A stretch of 63,934 nucleotides of DNA, filler included, from Acidimicrobiia bacterium (GTDB lineage Bacteria > Actinomycetota > Acidimicrobiia > Spongiisociales > CAZKJJ01): NCBI GenBank assembly GCA_046759765.1. It is 6 parts of 6 records of this genome, joined end to end, with 100 filler letters (N's around TTAATTAATTAA, not from the genome) between each part and the next. Parts side by side here need not be neighbours in the genome. Positions count along the whole stretch, not along the records: positions 45,353 to 56,431 come from JBHICV010000075.1; positions 56,532 to 63,934 come from JBHICV010000125.1; 4 more parts are not named here. The stretch is one strand, 5' to 3'. A program made the position numbers and the translations under genes. The notes beneath the pieces were generated by a model. It was not told where the DNA came from, did no database searches, and saw only the letters and a list, made by a program, of their open reading frames with translations. This document shows, in pieces, positions 51,707 to 61,365 of the stretch; the first letter of the stretch is position 1; the number at the start of each line of letters is the position of its first letter.

Positions 51707-52263
51707 CGATGCCGCGGCTGAAAGAGCAGTATCGCAACGAGATTGCGCCGCGGCTGCGCGAGCAACTGGGTCTCGCCAATCCGATGGAGGTGCCGACTCT
51801 TACCAAGATCGTCGTCAACGTTGGCGCGGGAGAGGCGGCGGCTGACGCCAAGGTAATTGACGCGGTCGTCGAGGATCTGGCCGTGATCACGGGACAGCAC
51901 CCGAGGCTCAATCGGGCCCGCAAGTCGATTGCCAACTTCAAAGTCCGTCAGGGCCAGGCAGTTGGTGCCTCGGTGACGCTCAGGGGCGACCGGATGTGGG
52001 AGTTCTTCGACCGACTGATCTCGCTCGCCATTCCTCGTGTCCGGGACTTCCGAGGGCTTTCCCGCAAGTCCTTCGACGGTTCGGGCAACTACACCTTCGG
52101 TCTCACCGAGCAGCTGGTGTTTCCCGAGGTCGATTACGACAGCATCACGGGAGTGCGGGGGATGGATGTGACCATCGTGACGTCCGCCACCTCCGACGAA
52201 CAGGCACAGGCGCTTCTGGAATCGTTTGGCTTTCCGTTCCGCAGAGTTCCGGAGACTGCCTGA
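51703..52263 (+). CDS. rplE: 50S ribosomal protein L5
   Basis: [32 protein letters not shown]. Confidence 0.99.
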   Translation: MTMPRLKEQYRNEIAPRLREQLGLANPMEVPTLTKIVVNVGAGEAAADAKVIDAVVEDLAVITGQHPRLNRARKSIANFKVRQGQAVGASVTLRGDRMWEFFDRLISLAIPRVRDFRGLSRKSFDGSGNYTFGLTEQLVFPEVDYDSITGVRGMDVTIVTSATSDEQAQALLESFGFPFRRVPETA

Positions 52264-52264
52264 C

Positions 52265-52450
52265 ATGGCCAAGAAATCACTGATCGCCAAGCAGCAGCGG
52301 AAGCCGAAATTCAAAGTGAGGGCATACAACCGGTGCCGTCGCTGTGGGCGGGCACGCGCTTACCTGCGCAAGTTCGGCATGTGTCGAATCTGTGTACGCG
52401 AGCTTGCCCTTCGCGGCGAGCTGCCCGGGGTCAAAAAGGCGGCCTGGTAA
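52265..52450 (+). CDS. rpsN: 30S ribosomal protein S14 type Z (zinc-binding)
   Basis: MAKKS...[11 protein letters not shown]...FGMCRIC.RE...PGVKKAAW. Confidence 0.98.
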   Translation: MAKKSLIAKQQRKPKFKVRAYNRCRRCGRARAYLRKFGMCRICVRELALRGELPGVKKAAW

Positions 52451-52452
52451 CG

Positions 52453-52848
52453 ATGATGACCGATCCGATCGCGGACATGTTCACCCGCATTCGCAATGCC
52501 AGCCGTGTAGCCCAGCCGGCGGTCTCGATGCCGTCGTCGAAGCTGAAGGAGGAGATCGCCAAGATCCTGGCGTCCGAGGGCTACGTCGATGGCTTCAACG
52601 TCGCCCAAGACGGACCGAAGCGAACCTTGACCGTGGAGCTGCGATATGTCGACGACCGCGAGAGCGTCATTCAAGGAATCAGGCGGGTCTCGACGCCCGG
52701 ACGGCGAATATACCGACGGGCGAAAGACCTTCCCCGGTCACGGGCCGGTCTGGGTGTGCATGTGATCTCGACATCCCAGGGCCTCCTGTCCGATCGGGAG
52801 GCCAGGCGCCGAAGTCTCGGTGGCGAGCTGATCTGCGAGGTCTGGTAG
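52453..52848 (+). CDS. rpsH: 30S ribosomal protein S8
   Basis: TDPIADM.TRIRNA, RVSTPG.R.Y, GGEL.C.VW. Confidence 0.99.
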   Translation: MMTDPIADMFTRIRNASRVAQPAVSMPSSKLKEEIAKILASEGYVDGFNVAQDGPKRTLTVELRYVDDRESVIQGIRRVSTPGRRIYRRAKDLPRSRAGLGVHVISTSQGLLSDREARRRSLGGELICEVW

Positions 52849-53396
52849 TGAGCAGGGTCGGCCAGGCTCCCATAGATCTGCCCGAAGGGGTCGAGGTCGA
52901 GGTCAAAGGACAGATCGTGTCGGTGTCCGGTCCCAGGGGGGAACTCAAGCGCGAACTCGCCGAGAAGATCACCGCGGCCACGGAAGACGGGGTGGTCACC
53001 GTTGACCGTGCTGACGACGAGAGGCAGACGCGGGCCCTACATGGGCTGTCTCGCGCTCTTCTCTTCAACATGGTGCAAGGAGTTTCCGAGGGTTTCTCGA
53101 AAGAGCTTTCCATCGTTGGCGTCGGGTATCGATGCGCGAAGCGTGGCTCTGATCTCGAGCTCCAGCTCGGTTTCAGCCATCCGGTCTCGTTCGAGGCTCC
53201 GGAGGGCATTGACTTCGATGTACCAGAACCGACGCGGATCATTGTGTCGGGGATCGACAAGGAACTCGTCGGCGAGACCGCCGCTCGAATTCGCCGTATC
53301 CGTCCTCCCGAGCCCTATAAGGGCAAGGGCGTCAGATACGTTGACGAATACGTCCGGCGGAAGGCCGGCAAAGCCGGAGTAGCTCCTCGGCTATGA
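52848..53396 (+). CDS. rplF: 50S ribosomal protein L6
   Basis: [28 protein letters not shown]. Confidence 0.99.
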   Translation: MSRVGQAPIDLPEGVEVEVKGQIVSVSGPRGELKRELAEKITAATEDGVVTVDRADDERQTRALHGLSRALLFNMVQGVSEGFSKELSIVGVGYRCAKRGSDLELQLGFSHPVSFEAPEGIDFDVPEPTRIIVSGIDKELVGETAARIRRIRPPEPYKGKGVRYVDEYVRRKAGKAGVAPRL

Positions 53397-53743
53397 AGTC
53401 CGCGGCAGAAGCTCGTCAGCGGAGGCACCGGCGGGTGCGCAAGAAGGTCGAGGGTACGCCCGACCGTCCTCGGCTGGCCGTGTTCAAGAGCAACCGGTAC
53501 ATCTACGCGCAGGCGATCGACGATCGAGCCGGCCGTACGCTGGCCGCGGCCTCATCCCTGGAAGAAAGTTTGCGAGAGCGAACTCTCACCGTCGAGACGG
53601 CTGCTGAGGTTGGCAAGGAGCTCGGCAAACGCCTCAAAGACCATGGCATCGAGGTCGTGGTGTTCGATCGCGGCGGGCATGCGTATCACGGGCGTGTGCG
53701 AGCACTCGCCGAGGCCGTCCGCGAAGCAGGAGTCAGGATCTGA
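53393..53743 (+). CDS. rplR: 50S ribosomal protein L18
   Basis: RPRL.VF.SN.YIYAQ.IDD, VFDRGG..YHGRV. Confidence 0.99.
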   Translation: MKSAAEARQRRHRRVRKKVEGTPDRPRLAVFKSNRYIYAQAIDDRAGRTLAAASSLEESLRERTLTVETAAEVGKELGKRLKDHGIEVVVFDRGGHAYHGRVRALAEAVREAGVRI

Positions 53744-53744
53744 G

Positions 53745-54296
53745 ATGACCACACCAGAGACCCCCCAATTCGAAGAGAGGGTGATTCACATCAACCGCGT
53801 CGCCAAAGTGGTGAAGGGCGGCCGCCGGTTCTCGTTTTCGGCCCTGGTTGTTGTGGGCGACGGAGCCGGGCGCGTGGGAGTCGGTTACGGCAAGGCCAAG
53901 GAGGTGCCGTCGGCCATCCACAAGGCCATGGATATAGCCCGCCGCAGCATGTTCACGGTGCCGATGGCCGGGACCACCCTCATCCATCCGATCGTGGGCC
54001 GCCAAGGTGCGTCTCGCGTCCTTTTGAAGCCCGCCGCGCCGGGGACGGGGGTCATAGCCGGCGGTGCAGTTCGCCAGATTCTCGAAGCCGCCGGTATTCG
54101 AGACGCGCTGGCCAAATCGTTGGGGTCCCCGACCCACGTGAACGTCGCTCAGGCCACAGTCAATGGGCTCAAGGGCCAGCGACGCCCCGAGGAGGTGGCG
54201 AAGGCCCGTGGCAAGCGCCCGGAAGACTTCATGCCTCCCGGCCTGCTGGCCGCATACCGCTCCACCGAGATGATGCGGGCCGAGCCTCCGGAGTAA
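53745..54296 (+). CDS. rpsE: 30S ribosomal protein S5
   Basis: [28 protein letters not shown]. Confidence 0.99.
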   Translation: MTTPETPQFEERVIHINRVAKVVKGGRRFSFSALVVVGDGAGRVGVGYGKAKEVPSAIHKAMDIARRSMFTVPMAGTTLIHPIVGRQGASRVLLKPAAPGTGVIAGGAVRQILEAAGIRDALAKSLGSPTHVNVAQATVNGLKGQRRPEEVAKARGKRPEDFMPPGLLAAYRSTEMMRAEPPE

Positions 54297-54305
54297 ATCG
54301 ACATC

Positions 54306-54485
54306 ATGGCCAAAATCCACGTGACGCTTGTTCGCAGCCCGATCGGCCAGAAGCCCAAGACCCGCGCCACGGTCGCGAGCCTTGGTTTGCGGCGACTGCA
54401 CCAGACCGTTTCGCACGACGACTCGCCGGCGATAAGAGGCATGGTCGAGAAGGTAAAACACCTGGTCGAGGTACGCGAGAAGTAG
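54306..54485 (+). CDS. rpmD: 50S ribosomal protein L30 (not in ORF track)
   Basis: MAKIHVTLVRSPIGQKPKTRATVASLGLRR...IRGMVEKVKHLV. Confidence 0.97.
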   Translation: MAKIHVTLVRSPIGQKPKTRATVASLGLRRLHQTVSHDDSPAIRGMVEKVKHLVEVREK

Positions 54486-54487
54486 AC

Positions 54488-54949
54488 ATGGCAGAGACAG
54501 GGAGACAGCTCAGGCTGCATCATCTCAAGCCGGCACCCGGTTCCCGGAAGAGGAAGATCCGCGTTGGGCGGGGCGAGGGCGGAAGACGCGGCAAGACTGC
54601 AGGCAGGGGAACCAAAGGGCTGAAGGCCCGCGAGGAGATCCGCCAGGGATTCGAGGGTGGGCAGACTCCGCTCACCCAGCGCCTACCGAAGCTGCCCGGA
54701 TTCAAGAACCCCAACAAGGAGTACTTCGCCCTGGTGAACGTGGGGCGTCTCAACCAGTTTCGTGCCCGGTCTACCGTGGGGCCGGACGAGCTCCGCGCCC
54801 GGGGCTTGCTAAAGAAACGGGGAAGGGTAAAGGTCCTCGCAGAGGGAGAGCTCACCAAACCGCTCACCGTACGGGCGCACGCCTTCAGTGAGTCGGCAGC
54901 GACCAAGATCGAAGCGGCCGGCGGGACAGTGGAGTACATCGAGGAATGA
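54488..54949 (+). CDS. rplO: 50S ribosomal protein L15
   Basis: RVGRG, GKTAGRGTKG, FEGGQTPL..RLPK..GF. Confidence 0.99.
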   Translation: MAETGRQLRLHHLKPAPGSRKRKIRVGRGEGGRRGKTAGRGTKGLKAREEIRQGFEGGQTPLTQRLPKLPGFKNPNKEYFALVNVGRLNQFRARSTVGPDELRARGLLKKRGRVKVLAEGELTKPLTVRAHAFSESAATKIEAAGGTVEYIEE

Positions 54950-55068
54950 GCTATCAGCTGTCAGCGGGAAGCAGTCAGCCGTCAGCCGCCAGTTGCCATT
55001 CCCGGTGACGAGCGGAGCGATGAGTGATACTAAGACTGATAGCTGAATGAAAGCTGATAGCTGAATGC
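54950..55068. repeat. Inverted heptamer tandem-repeat element between rplO and secY
   Basis: Left arm GCTATCA GCTGTCA GCGGGAA GCAGTCA GCCGTCA GCCGCCA GTTGCCA; right arm TGATAGC...TGAAAGC TGATAGC TGAATGC. Confidence 0.8.
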
Positions 55069-56366
55069 TCGCCGTCTACCGCCATATGTTCACGATTCCG
55101 GATCTTCGGAAGAAGATTCTGTTCACCCTGTTCATCTTTGCGGTGTACCGGGCGGGAGCAGCCATTCCGGTTCCGGGAATCGATCTCGACGCCGTTCAGG
55201 ACCTGGCTGAGCTGCAACGACAGGGCGGGATTGTCGCTTTGCTGAATCTCTTCTCGGGTGGCGCGCTGGAGTCGTTTTCGATCTTTGCGTTGGGAATCAT
55301 GCCGTACATCACCGCCAGCATCATCATGCAGCTCTTGGCGGTGGTGATCCCCCGCCTCCAGGCTCTGCAAGACGAAGGTGAGGCGGGTCGCAAGGTCATC
55401 ACCCAGTGGACCAGGTATCTGACCGTCATACTGGCCCTGCTGCAGTCGGCCGGCTTCACGGTCTTGTTTCAGGGTGCCCTCACGCAGAACATAAACCTGA
55501 TCCCTGAAATCACGCCGGGACGCTTCGTGCTGATCATCATCACGATGACCGCCGGGACTGCGGTGATCATGTGGATGGGCGAGCTGATCACCCAGCGGGG
55601 CGTCGGCAACGGTATGTCGCTGATCATCTTCATCAGCATCGTTAGCCAGCTGCCGGCGAGCTTCGCGGTGATGTATCAAGCCACCGTAGGGGCGGACCGT
55701 GCCGGTCGATTCGTCGTATTGGTGCTGATCTTTCTGGCGATGGTGGTTGGCATTCTCTACGTCGAACAGGGCCAGCGCCGCATACCCATCCAATTTGCCA
55801 AGCGGATACGAGGCCGGCGGGTGATGGGCGGCCAGAGCACCTATATCCCGCTGAAGGTCAACACGGCCGGCGTGATCCCTGTGATCTTCGCGACCAGCGT
55901 GATGTACTTCCCCGCGCTCATTTCGACCGCCATTCCGTCGGAGGGTGGCATCTTCCGGTCGATTCGCGATTTCATCAACGACAGCCTCGCCAATCCGGCG
56001 AGCACGTTCTACATCGTGGCGCTCTTTGTGTTGATCCTGTTCTTCACCTACTTCTACACGGCGATTCAATTCGATCCCGTACGCCAAGCCGAGCTGATCC
56101 AGCGTCAGGGCGGTTTCATCCCCGGGGTACGGCCAGGCCCGCAGACCTCGCGCTACCTCGAGAGGATTCTCAACCGGATCACCCTTCCGGGCGCGGTGTA
56201 CCTGGCGATTCTGGCCATCCTTCCATCGATTGTTGCCGCGATCTGGGACATCCCGGTGGGCTTCTCAGGGGTGTCGATCTTGATCGTCGTTGGCGTGGCC
56301 CTAGAAACCATGAAGCAGATCGAGAGCCAACTGACAATGAGGAACTACGAAGGGTTCCTAACTTGA
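55065..56366 (+). CDS. secY: Preprotein translocase SecY
   Basis: SIFALGIMPYITASII, GNGMS, AGVIPVIFA, FIPGVRPG..T, YEGFL. Confidence 0.99.
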   Translation: MLAVYRHMFTIPDLRKKILFTLFIFAVYRAGAAIPVPGIDLDAVQDLAELQRQGGIVALLNLFSGGALESFSIFALGIMPYITASIIMQLLAVVIPRLQALQDEGEAGRKVITQWTRYLTVILALLQSAGFTVLFQGALTQNINLIPEITPGRFVLIIITMTAGTAVIMWMGELITQRGVGNGMSLIIFISIVSQLPASFAVMYQATVGADRAGRFVVLVLIFLAMVVGILYVEQGQRRIPIQFAKRIRGRRVMGGQSTYIPLKVNTAGVIPVIFATSVMYFPALISTAIPSEGGIFRSIRDFINDSLANPASTFYIVALFVLILFFTYFYTAIQFDPVRQAELIQRQGGFIPGVRPGPQTSRYLERILNRITLPGAVYLAILAILPSIVAAIWDIPVGFSGVSILIVVGVALETMKQIESQLTMRNYEGFLT

Positions 56367-56431
56367 GCCAGGCCTTTCGCCTTGCTCGGCGAGGGGCGTC
56401 CGGCCCTCCCCCTAGCCCCCTCCCGCCGTGC

Positions 56432-56531
56432 NNNNNNNNNNNNNNNNNNNNNNNNNNNNNNNNNNNNNNNNNNNNTTAATTAATTAANNNNNNNNNNNNN
56501 NNNNNNNNNNNNNNNNNNNNNNNNNNNNNNN
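56432..56531. other. Artificial contig linker
   Basis: N44-TTAATTAATTAA-N44. Confidence 0.99.
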
Positions 56532-56602
56532 CAGGCGGCCGCAAGTACCGCAACCATCAACAACAGGGGGAACCGAGGCCCGGTCCGGCCGGAAACCGTC
56601 AT
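56532..56602 (-). CDS. N-terminus of a probable lipoprotein, cut by the gap
   Basis: MTVSGRTGPRFPLLLMVAVLAAA-TG(n); the last codon is incomplete and would give a LAAAC lipobox. Confidence 0.55.
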
Positions 56603-56880
56603 CCTTCAACTATTACACCGCAGGCCCTCGTAGGGTTCCAGGTCCTAACACCCTGATCAGCGGGGGAGCTGATCTAAGCGCGGCGTCGCACCACACACGA
56701 AGGCTGGATTACAGCCGAGATGCCGTTGGTGAGCGCTCCTCGGGGCGCACTGGGGGCGCGGGAGGACCAAAACAGGTGCAATTCGCTGCGTGATTGTGCA
56801 AGACGATGAAGGGACGCAAAGCGTTGCCGGGCAAGGGTTTCCGGCCGATCCCCTTGTGCGCCAACGGAAGGCCGATTCTG

Positions 56881-56949
56881 ACTGCATCAGTCTTGAAAAC
56901 TGCTGGGCTCCATTCGGGGTCTCGTGGGTTCGAATCCCACTCCCTCCGC
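56881..56949 (+). repeat. tRNA-Ser(TGA) 3' fragment, direct repeat copy 1 (att-like)
   Basis: CAGT-CT-TGA-AA-ACTG anticodon arm, long variable arm, GTGGGTTCGAATCCCAC, TCCCTCCG; no GGAGGGA 5' acceptor strand upstream. Confidence 0.85.
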
Positions 56950-57161
56950 TCAAAGGCCTGGTGTAAAGCTTTCCGGTGGTAGTGGCTGTAACGCGACCAC
57001 CTGGTCGGAGACGTTGCCTCCAAACGTGGAGGAGTTATGTGCTCTTCATGTCCACGGCCCCGCCCGAATCCTCTGCCGCATATGCGCTACCTCGAGGGTC
57101 GGTAAGTCACTCGCAAGCACCGTTTGCCACACTTAGACCTGTTTTCAGCCTGGGAGTTGGC

Positions 57162-59963
57162 GTGAGTACCGCTGAGGCCGGTACTGGGGCTTCAGATTCT
57201 CCGGTAGCTGTCGTCTACGACGGGTTCCTTTCCTACTCCCACGCTGCTGACGACCTGCTTGCACCGAGGCTGCAGGCTGGGTTGCAGCGGTTCGCTAAAC
57301 CGTGGTGGAAACGACGCGCATTACGGGTTTTCCGAGACGATGCCTCCCTGAGTGCGAATCCTCATCTGTGGTCGTCGATCACCGAGGCCTTGGATCAGTC
57401 GGGCTGGTTTGTGCTGTTGCTCTCACCTGATGCGGCAGAGTCGCCGTGGGTGAACCGAGAAGTGGAGTACTGGCTACAACATAAGGAGGCGTCTCGGGTT
57501 CTGCCGGTGGTCACCGACGGGGAGTTCGGCTGGGCCGGCGGAGATGTCAGCCCTGAGACTGACTCCACTCCGCCGGCTCTCTATGGGGCGTTTGGGGAGG
57601 AGCCGAGGTGGGTGGACCTGCGTTGGGCCAGGACAGACACCGATCTGGATTTGAGCAATGCCGAGTTCCGTAACGCCGTCGCGGATATCGCTTCTGCCCT
57701 ACGGGGGATGCCCAAAGACGAGTTGGCTTCTGAGGAGGTCAAACAGCACCGCCGCACCATCCGCACCGCCTGGGCCGCCGGTGTGGCGCTGCTGCTGCTT
57801 GTAGTGGTTGCCACAGCGGCAGCCGTGTTCGCTATCAGCCAGCGAAACGAAGCCCAAGAAAACGAGCGGCTGGCAAGGACCCGCGAGCTGGCTTCAGCTG
57901 CCGACTTCAACATCAGTCTGGACCCGGAGCGCAGCGTCCTGCTAGCTCTGGCCGCTGTCGATGCGAGCCGGTCTGTGGACGGCCTGGTGCTTCGGGAGGC
58001 CGAGGAAGCTCTTCATCGTTCGGTGCAAGCTTCGCGGGTGGTGTACAGCCTCCCTGCTTCTGGGGCGGTGGCCTTCAGCCCCGACGGGAGGTTGCTTGTG
58101 ACCCCGGGAATCTCATCATCCAGTTCGGAGGCTTCCGGCCAGGCCGAAACGGTCACGGTGATCGCTGGGTCGTCCACGGTGATCGTCTGGGATGTGACAT
58201 CCGGTCAAGTACTGGGCACTTTGGAAGGGCATGAGGGTTTGGTGACCAATCTCACATTCAGTCCCGACGGCTCTCACGTAGCGACTTCTAGCTCGGACCG
58301 CACAGCGAGGGTGTGGAACGTCTCTACCGGCGAAGAGCTGATGAGGTTCGTTGGTCATGAGGACGGACTGATCAGTGTCGCCTTCAGCCCGGACGGTCGT
58401 CTGCTGGCTACAACGGGCATGGATGAAGCCGCAAGGATCTGGGACGTCCAATCGGGCGATGAGCTGGCTGCCTTAGAGAATCCGTTTGCGTCGGGCCTTG
58501 CCTTCAGTCCCGACGGGACTGTTCTGGCTGTAGCAGGCGGCGACCTCAAACTGTGGGACGTGGCCAGTGCTGAGTTGGTTCGAACGCTGTCGGGTCACCA
58601 GTTCGAGCTGAGCGACGTCGTCTTCAGCAAGGACGGCAGCATGCTGGTGACGTCCAGTCAGGACGCCACGGCCAAACTCTGGGACCCTGAAACTGGAGAG
58701 GAGTTCTCCACACTGATTGGCCACACCGGCCCTCTGCTCGGTGTCGACATCAACTCGGACGGGACTCTGATAGTCACCAGTGGCAGTGATGCCAGCGTCA
58801 GAGTGTGGGAACGAGGTCCCAGCAGCGTGCGAGAGGTGATGTCGTTGGTCGGACATGAAGGACCGATTCCCAATGTTGCCTTAAGCCCGGACTCGAGCCT
58901 GCTAGCGAGCGGCAGTGAGGACGGGTCCGTGCGGGTATGGGATCTGAGCGTCAACGGCAGCCGCGAACAACTCACGGTGCCCGGTGCGTCCGTCTGGGTT
59001 GGGGCAGTCGCCTTTGCCCCTGACGGGACCTGGATAGTGGCCAGCGCCGACGACGGCGTTGCTGTTGGCTGGAATGTCGATACCGGAGACGAGTTGTTCC
59101 GGCTCGTCGGCCACGAAGGCCAAAGCACAGAAACCGGCGCTGTCTTCGCTGTCGATGTGAGTACTGACGGAACCATCGTTGCGACCGCAAGCAACGACCG
59201 GACAGTCAAACTGTGGGATGCGTCTACCGGCCGGGAGCGGCTGACGTTCTCAAATCATGACGGATGGGTGAACGGCGTAAGCATCAGTGCCGACGGTGCA
59301 ACCGTCGCCTCTGTCGCTGACGACGGCACCGCGAGATTATGGGAAGCAGAAACAGGCAACGAACTGGTCGCGATCGCTGCCCATCCCGGGAACGTCGTCT
59401 TCGGTGTGGAGTTCAGTCCTGGCGGATCCTTGATAGCCACGGTAGGTACCGACAGCCGTGCGGTGATCTGGGACGCCCAAACTGGACTCGCCCAGATCGA
59501 CTGGACTGTCCCTCGCCCGTTCTCGGTCGCTTTCGACCCGCTGGGAGAGCGGGTTGTCACAGCGGGAGACGACGGCTCCGTCACAGTATGGGATGCCACC
59601 AGCGGCGAGGAGATCCTCAGCATCCAAGCCCACTCGGGAGGAGTTCTGCACGCCACCTTCAGCCCCGACGGATCACAGCTCGCGAGCGGAGGCTTCGACG
59701 GAGCAGTACGTCTATGGGATTCAGCAACGGGCCTACAGCTCCTCGAGCTGGGTGGCCACACAAGTCTTGTAGCGCGAGTCGCCTTCAGTCCCAATGGCGA
59801 ACTGCTCGCATCGATCAGCGACGACGGCACAGTGCGGATCTATGTGCTTCCGGTCGAAAGACTCATCGAGCTCGCCAAGAGCCGTCTGACCCGATGGTGG
59901 ACTCCACAAGAGTGCCTCCAATATCTACACACCGACGGGTGCCCACCGCCAAACACGGACTAG
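57162..59963 (+). CDS. TIR domain - TM helix - 14x WD40 repeat protein
   Basis: YDGFLSYS...VFRD...LLSP....SPWVNRE (TIR, catalytic-position Glu); TM AWAAGVALLLLVVVATAAAVFAI; 14 GH/FSPDG/W[DNE] repeats; GGGAG before GTG 57162. Confidence 0.92.
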   Translation: MSTAEAGTGASDSPVAVVYDGFLSYSHAADDLLAPRLQAGLQRFAKPWWKRRALRVFRDDASLSANPHLWSSITEALDQSGWFVLLLSPDAAESPWVNREVEYWLQHKEASRVLPVVTDGEFGWAGGDVSPETDSTPPALYGAFGEEPRWVDLRWARTDTDLDLSNAEFRNAVADIASALRGMPKDELASEEVKQHRRTIRTAWAAGVALLLLVVVATAAAVFAISQRNEAQENERLARTRELASAADFNISLDPERSVLLALAAVDASRSVDGLVLREAEEALHRSVQASRVVYSLPASGAVAFSPDGRLLVTPGISSSSSEASGQAETVTVIAGSSTVIVWDVTSGQVLGTLEGHEGLVTNLTFSPDGSHVATSSSDRTARVWNVSTGEELMRFVGHEDGLISVAFSPDGRLLATTGMDEAARIWDVQSGDELAALENPFASGLAFSPDGTVLAVAGGDLKLWDVASAELVRTLSGHQFELSDVVFSKDGSMLVTSSQDATAKLWDPETGEEFSTLIGHTGPLLGVDINSDGTLIVTSGSDASVRVWERGPSSVREVMSLVGHEGPIPNVALSPDSSLLASGSEDGSVRVWDLSVNGSREQLTVPGASVWVGAVAFAPDGTWIVASADDGVAVGWNVDTGDELFRLVGHEGQSTETGAVFAVDVSTDGTIVATASNDRTVKLWDASTGRERLTFSNHDGWVNGVSISADGATVASVADDGTARLWEAETGNELVAIAAHPGNVVFGVEFSPGGSLIATVGTDSRAVIWDAQTGLAQIDWTVPRPFSVAFDPLGERVVTAGDDGSVTVWDATSGEEILSIQAHSGGVLHATFSPDGSQLASGGFDGAVRLWDSATGLQLLELGGHTSLVARVAFSPNGELLASISDDGTVRIYVLPVERLIELAKSRLTRWWTPQECLQYLHTDGCPPPNTD

Positions 59964-60016
59964 CAGCCCACACTCAAACCTGACCCGCCCATCTGGGCAC
60001 CTACTAGCTCATTCGC

Positions 60017-60085
60017 ACTGCATCAGTCTTTAAAACTGCTCGGCCCCATTTGGGGTCTCGTGGGTTCAAATCCCACTCCCTCCGC
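60017..60085 (+). repeat. tRNA-Ser 3' fragment, direct repeat copy 2 (att-like)
   Basis: 64/69 nt identical to 56881-56949 by manual alignment; anticodon mutated to TTA. Confidence 0.85.
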
Positions 60086-60086
60086 C

Positions 60087-60722
60087 CTACGTGGTGGTCA
60101 CTCGTAGCGTGAAGGGCGACGTAGTACGGCCCGATCGAGCGGATACCTCGATGTAATACGAACCTGGGAATACGAACTCCGCTTGCTCGAACGCGCCCAG
60201 CTCACCGCGAAAGAGCGGGGGTTCGATCAGCACTAGCTCATCCTCAGGACCGGAAACGTCCGAAGACCGCAGGCCCAGGCCGCCCCGTAGTGCTTCCATA
60301 TCAGGGAAGCCCACAAACAGGGCGAGGTCGTCCGTCAGTTCGGTCAGCTCAACCGAGATGCTGGTAACACCTTCGGGGATCTGCACACAGAAGAACCATG
60401 TGCTGTGTTCCGCATCGCGGGTCTCGCTGACCGTCGATCCGATGGCGATCTCCGTTGCCGGCTCTTTGCACTCCTCCACCGGCGGTCCCGCCGGGGCTTC
60501 GCTAGACGTTTCCACCTCGGCAGGAGCCGCAGGCTCAGCCGGTGCCTCCGGCTGGTCCGGCGATTCTCCAGCTGGACTGGGTGCCTCGGTCACAGCCGGC
60601 TCGGCCGGCTCCGGCTCGTCAGATTCTGTCGGCGTACTCGCACCGCCTCCGCATGAAGCCAAAGTCACCACCACAGCCACGAGTAGAGCGCCACGAACAG
60701 TTCTCGTTTGGCGCTCAGACAT
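60087..60722 (-). CDS. Lipoprotein with Pro/Glu-rich linker and PPC-like beta domain
   Basis: Lipobox LASC; EPAEPA linker; DDLALFV...EDE.V...PGSYYIEV. Confidence 0.75.
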   Translation of the reverse strand: MSERQTRTVRGALLVAVVVTLASCGGGASTPTESDEPEPAEPAVTEAPSPAGESPDQPEAPAEPAAPAEVETSSEAPAGPPVEECKEPATEIAIGSTVSETRDAEHSTWFFCVQIPEGVTSISVELTELTDDLALFVGFPDMEALRGGLGLRSSDVSGPEDELVLIEPPLFRGELGAFEQAEFVFPGSYYIEVSARSGRTTSPFTLRVTTT

Positions 60723-60740
60723 CCGAACCCCCTTTAACCT

Positions 60741-61202
60741 CTACAGCCTACGGTCATCGAAGAACTCGCTCAGCAGCGCCGCGCTCTCCTCTTCCATGAC
60801 TCCCGCGATCACCTCGCAATAGTGATTGAGTCGCGCGTCCTGAGGAATGTTGTAGAGGCTCCAAGCAGCACCTGCCTTAGGATCCGCAGCTCCGTAGACG
60901 ATACGGTCTAGCCGAGCCCAGACCGCGGCCCCCGCACACATCGGGCAAGGCTCCAGCGTGACTACGAGCGTCATGCCGTCGAGTCGCCAGCTACGCCGCT
61001 CAGAGGCGGCTCCGGTAATGGCCAGAATTTCCGCGTGGGCAGTGGGATCCTGCAGCTCCTCTTTGCGGTTGTGATCGGAGGTGACGACCGCGCCATCTGC
61101 GTCGACTAGCACAGCTCCGACCGGCACATCCCCGTGCTCAGGCGCCCGACGAGCCTCGTCCAGAGCCAGCTGCATGAAGGGTTCGTATTCGAGGAACTCC
61201 AC
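60741..61202 (-). CDS. tadA: tRNA adenosine(34) deaminase
   Basis: M..AL.EA, VPVGAV, DPTAHAE, VTLEPCPMCAGA, DPKAGA, FF..RR. Confidence 0.92.
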   Translation of the reverse strand: MEFLEYEPFMQLALDEARRAPEHGDVPVGAVLVDADGAVVTSDHNRKEELQDPTAHAEILAITGAASERRSWRLDGMTLVVTLEPCPMCAGAAVWARLDRIVYGAADPKAGAAWSLYNIPQDARLNHYCEVIAGVMEEESAALLSEFFDDRRL

Positions 61203-61274
61203 GCAGCCGTACACTACGGACTCGCGTCCCAACGTCCGCCGGCTACTCACCGGATCAGCCTGGGTCGACGCGTT

Positions 61275-61365
61275 GGAGGGATCGCATAGTCTGGCCTAGT
61301 GCGCACGCCTGGAAAGCGTGTTGGGGGTTACCGCCCCCTCGTGGGTTCAAATCCCACTCCCTCCG
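61275..61365 (+). tRNA. tRNA-Ser(GGA)
   Basis: GGAGGGA/TCCCTCC acceptor stem, CACGC-CT-GGA-AA-GCGTG, long variable arm, GGTTCAAATCC; CCA not encoded. Confidence 0.95.

Noticed and set aside
56820..56860. Possible integrase arm or host-factor site before tRNA fragment 1 (GCAAAGCGTTGCCGGGCAAGGGTTT)
   Set aside because: Not repeated before fragment 2; resemblance too weak to call
56858..56949. Complete tRNA-Ser(TGA) gene
   Set aside because: No GGAGGGA partner for TCCCTCC at the expected distance upstream
60017..60085. Ochre-suppressor tRNA (anticodon TTA)
   Set aside because: No 5' acceptor strand or D-arm; best read as drift in a non-functional fragment
60741..61202. tadA as the missing Tad pilus ATPase
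   Set aside because: Name clash only; the HAE/PCxxC motifs show it is the tRNA deaminase
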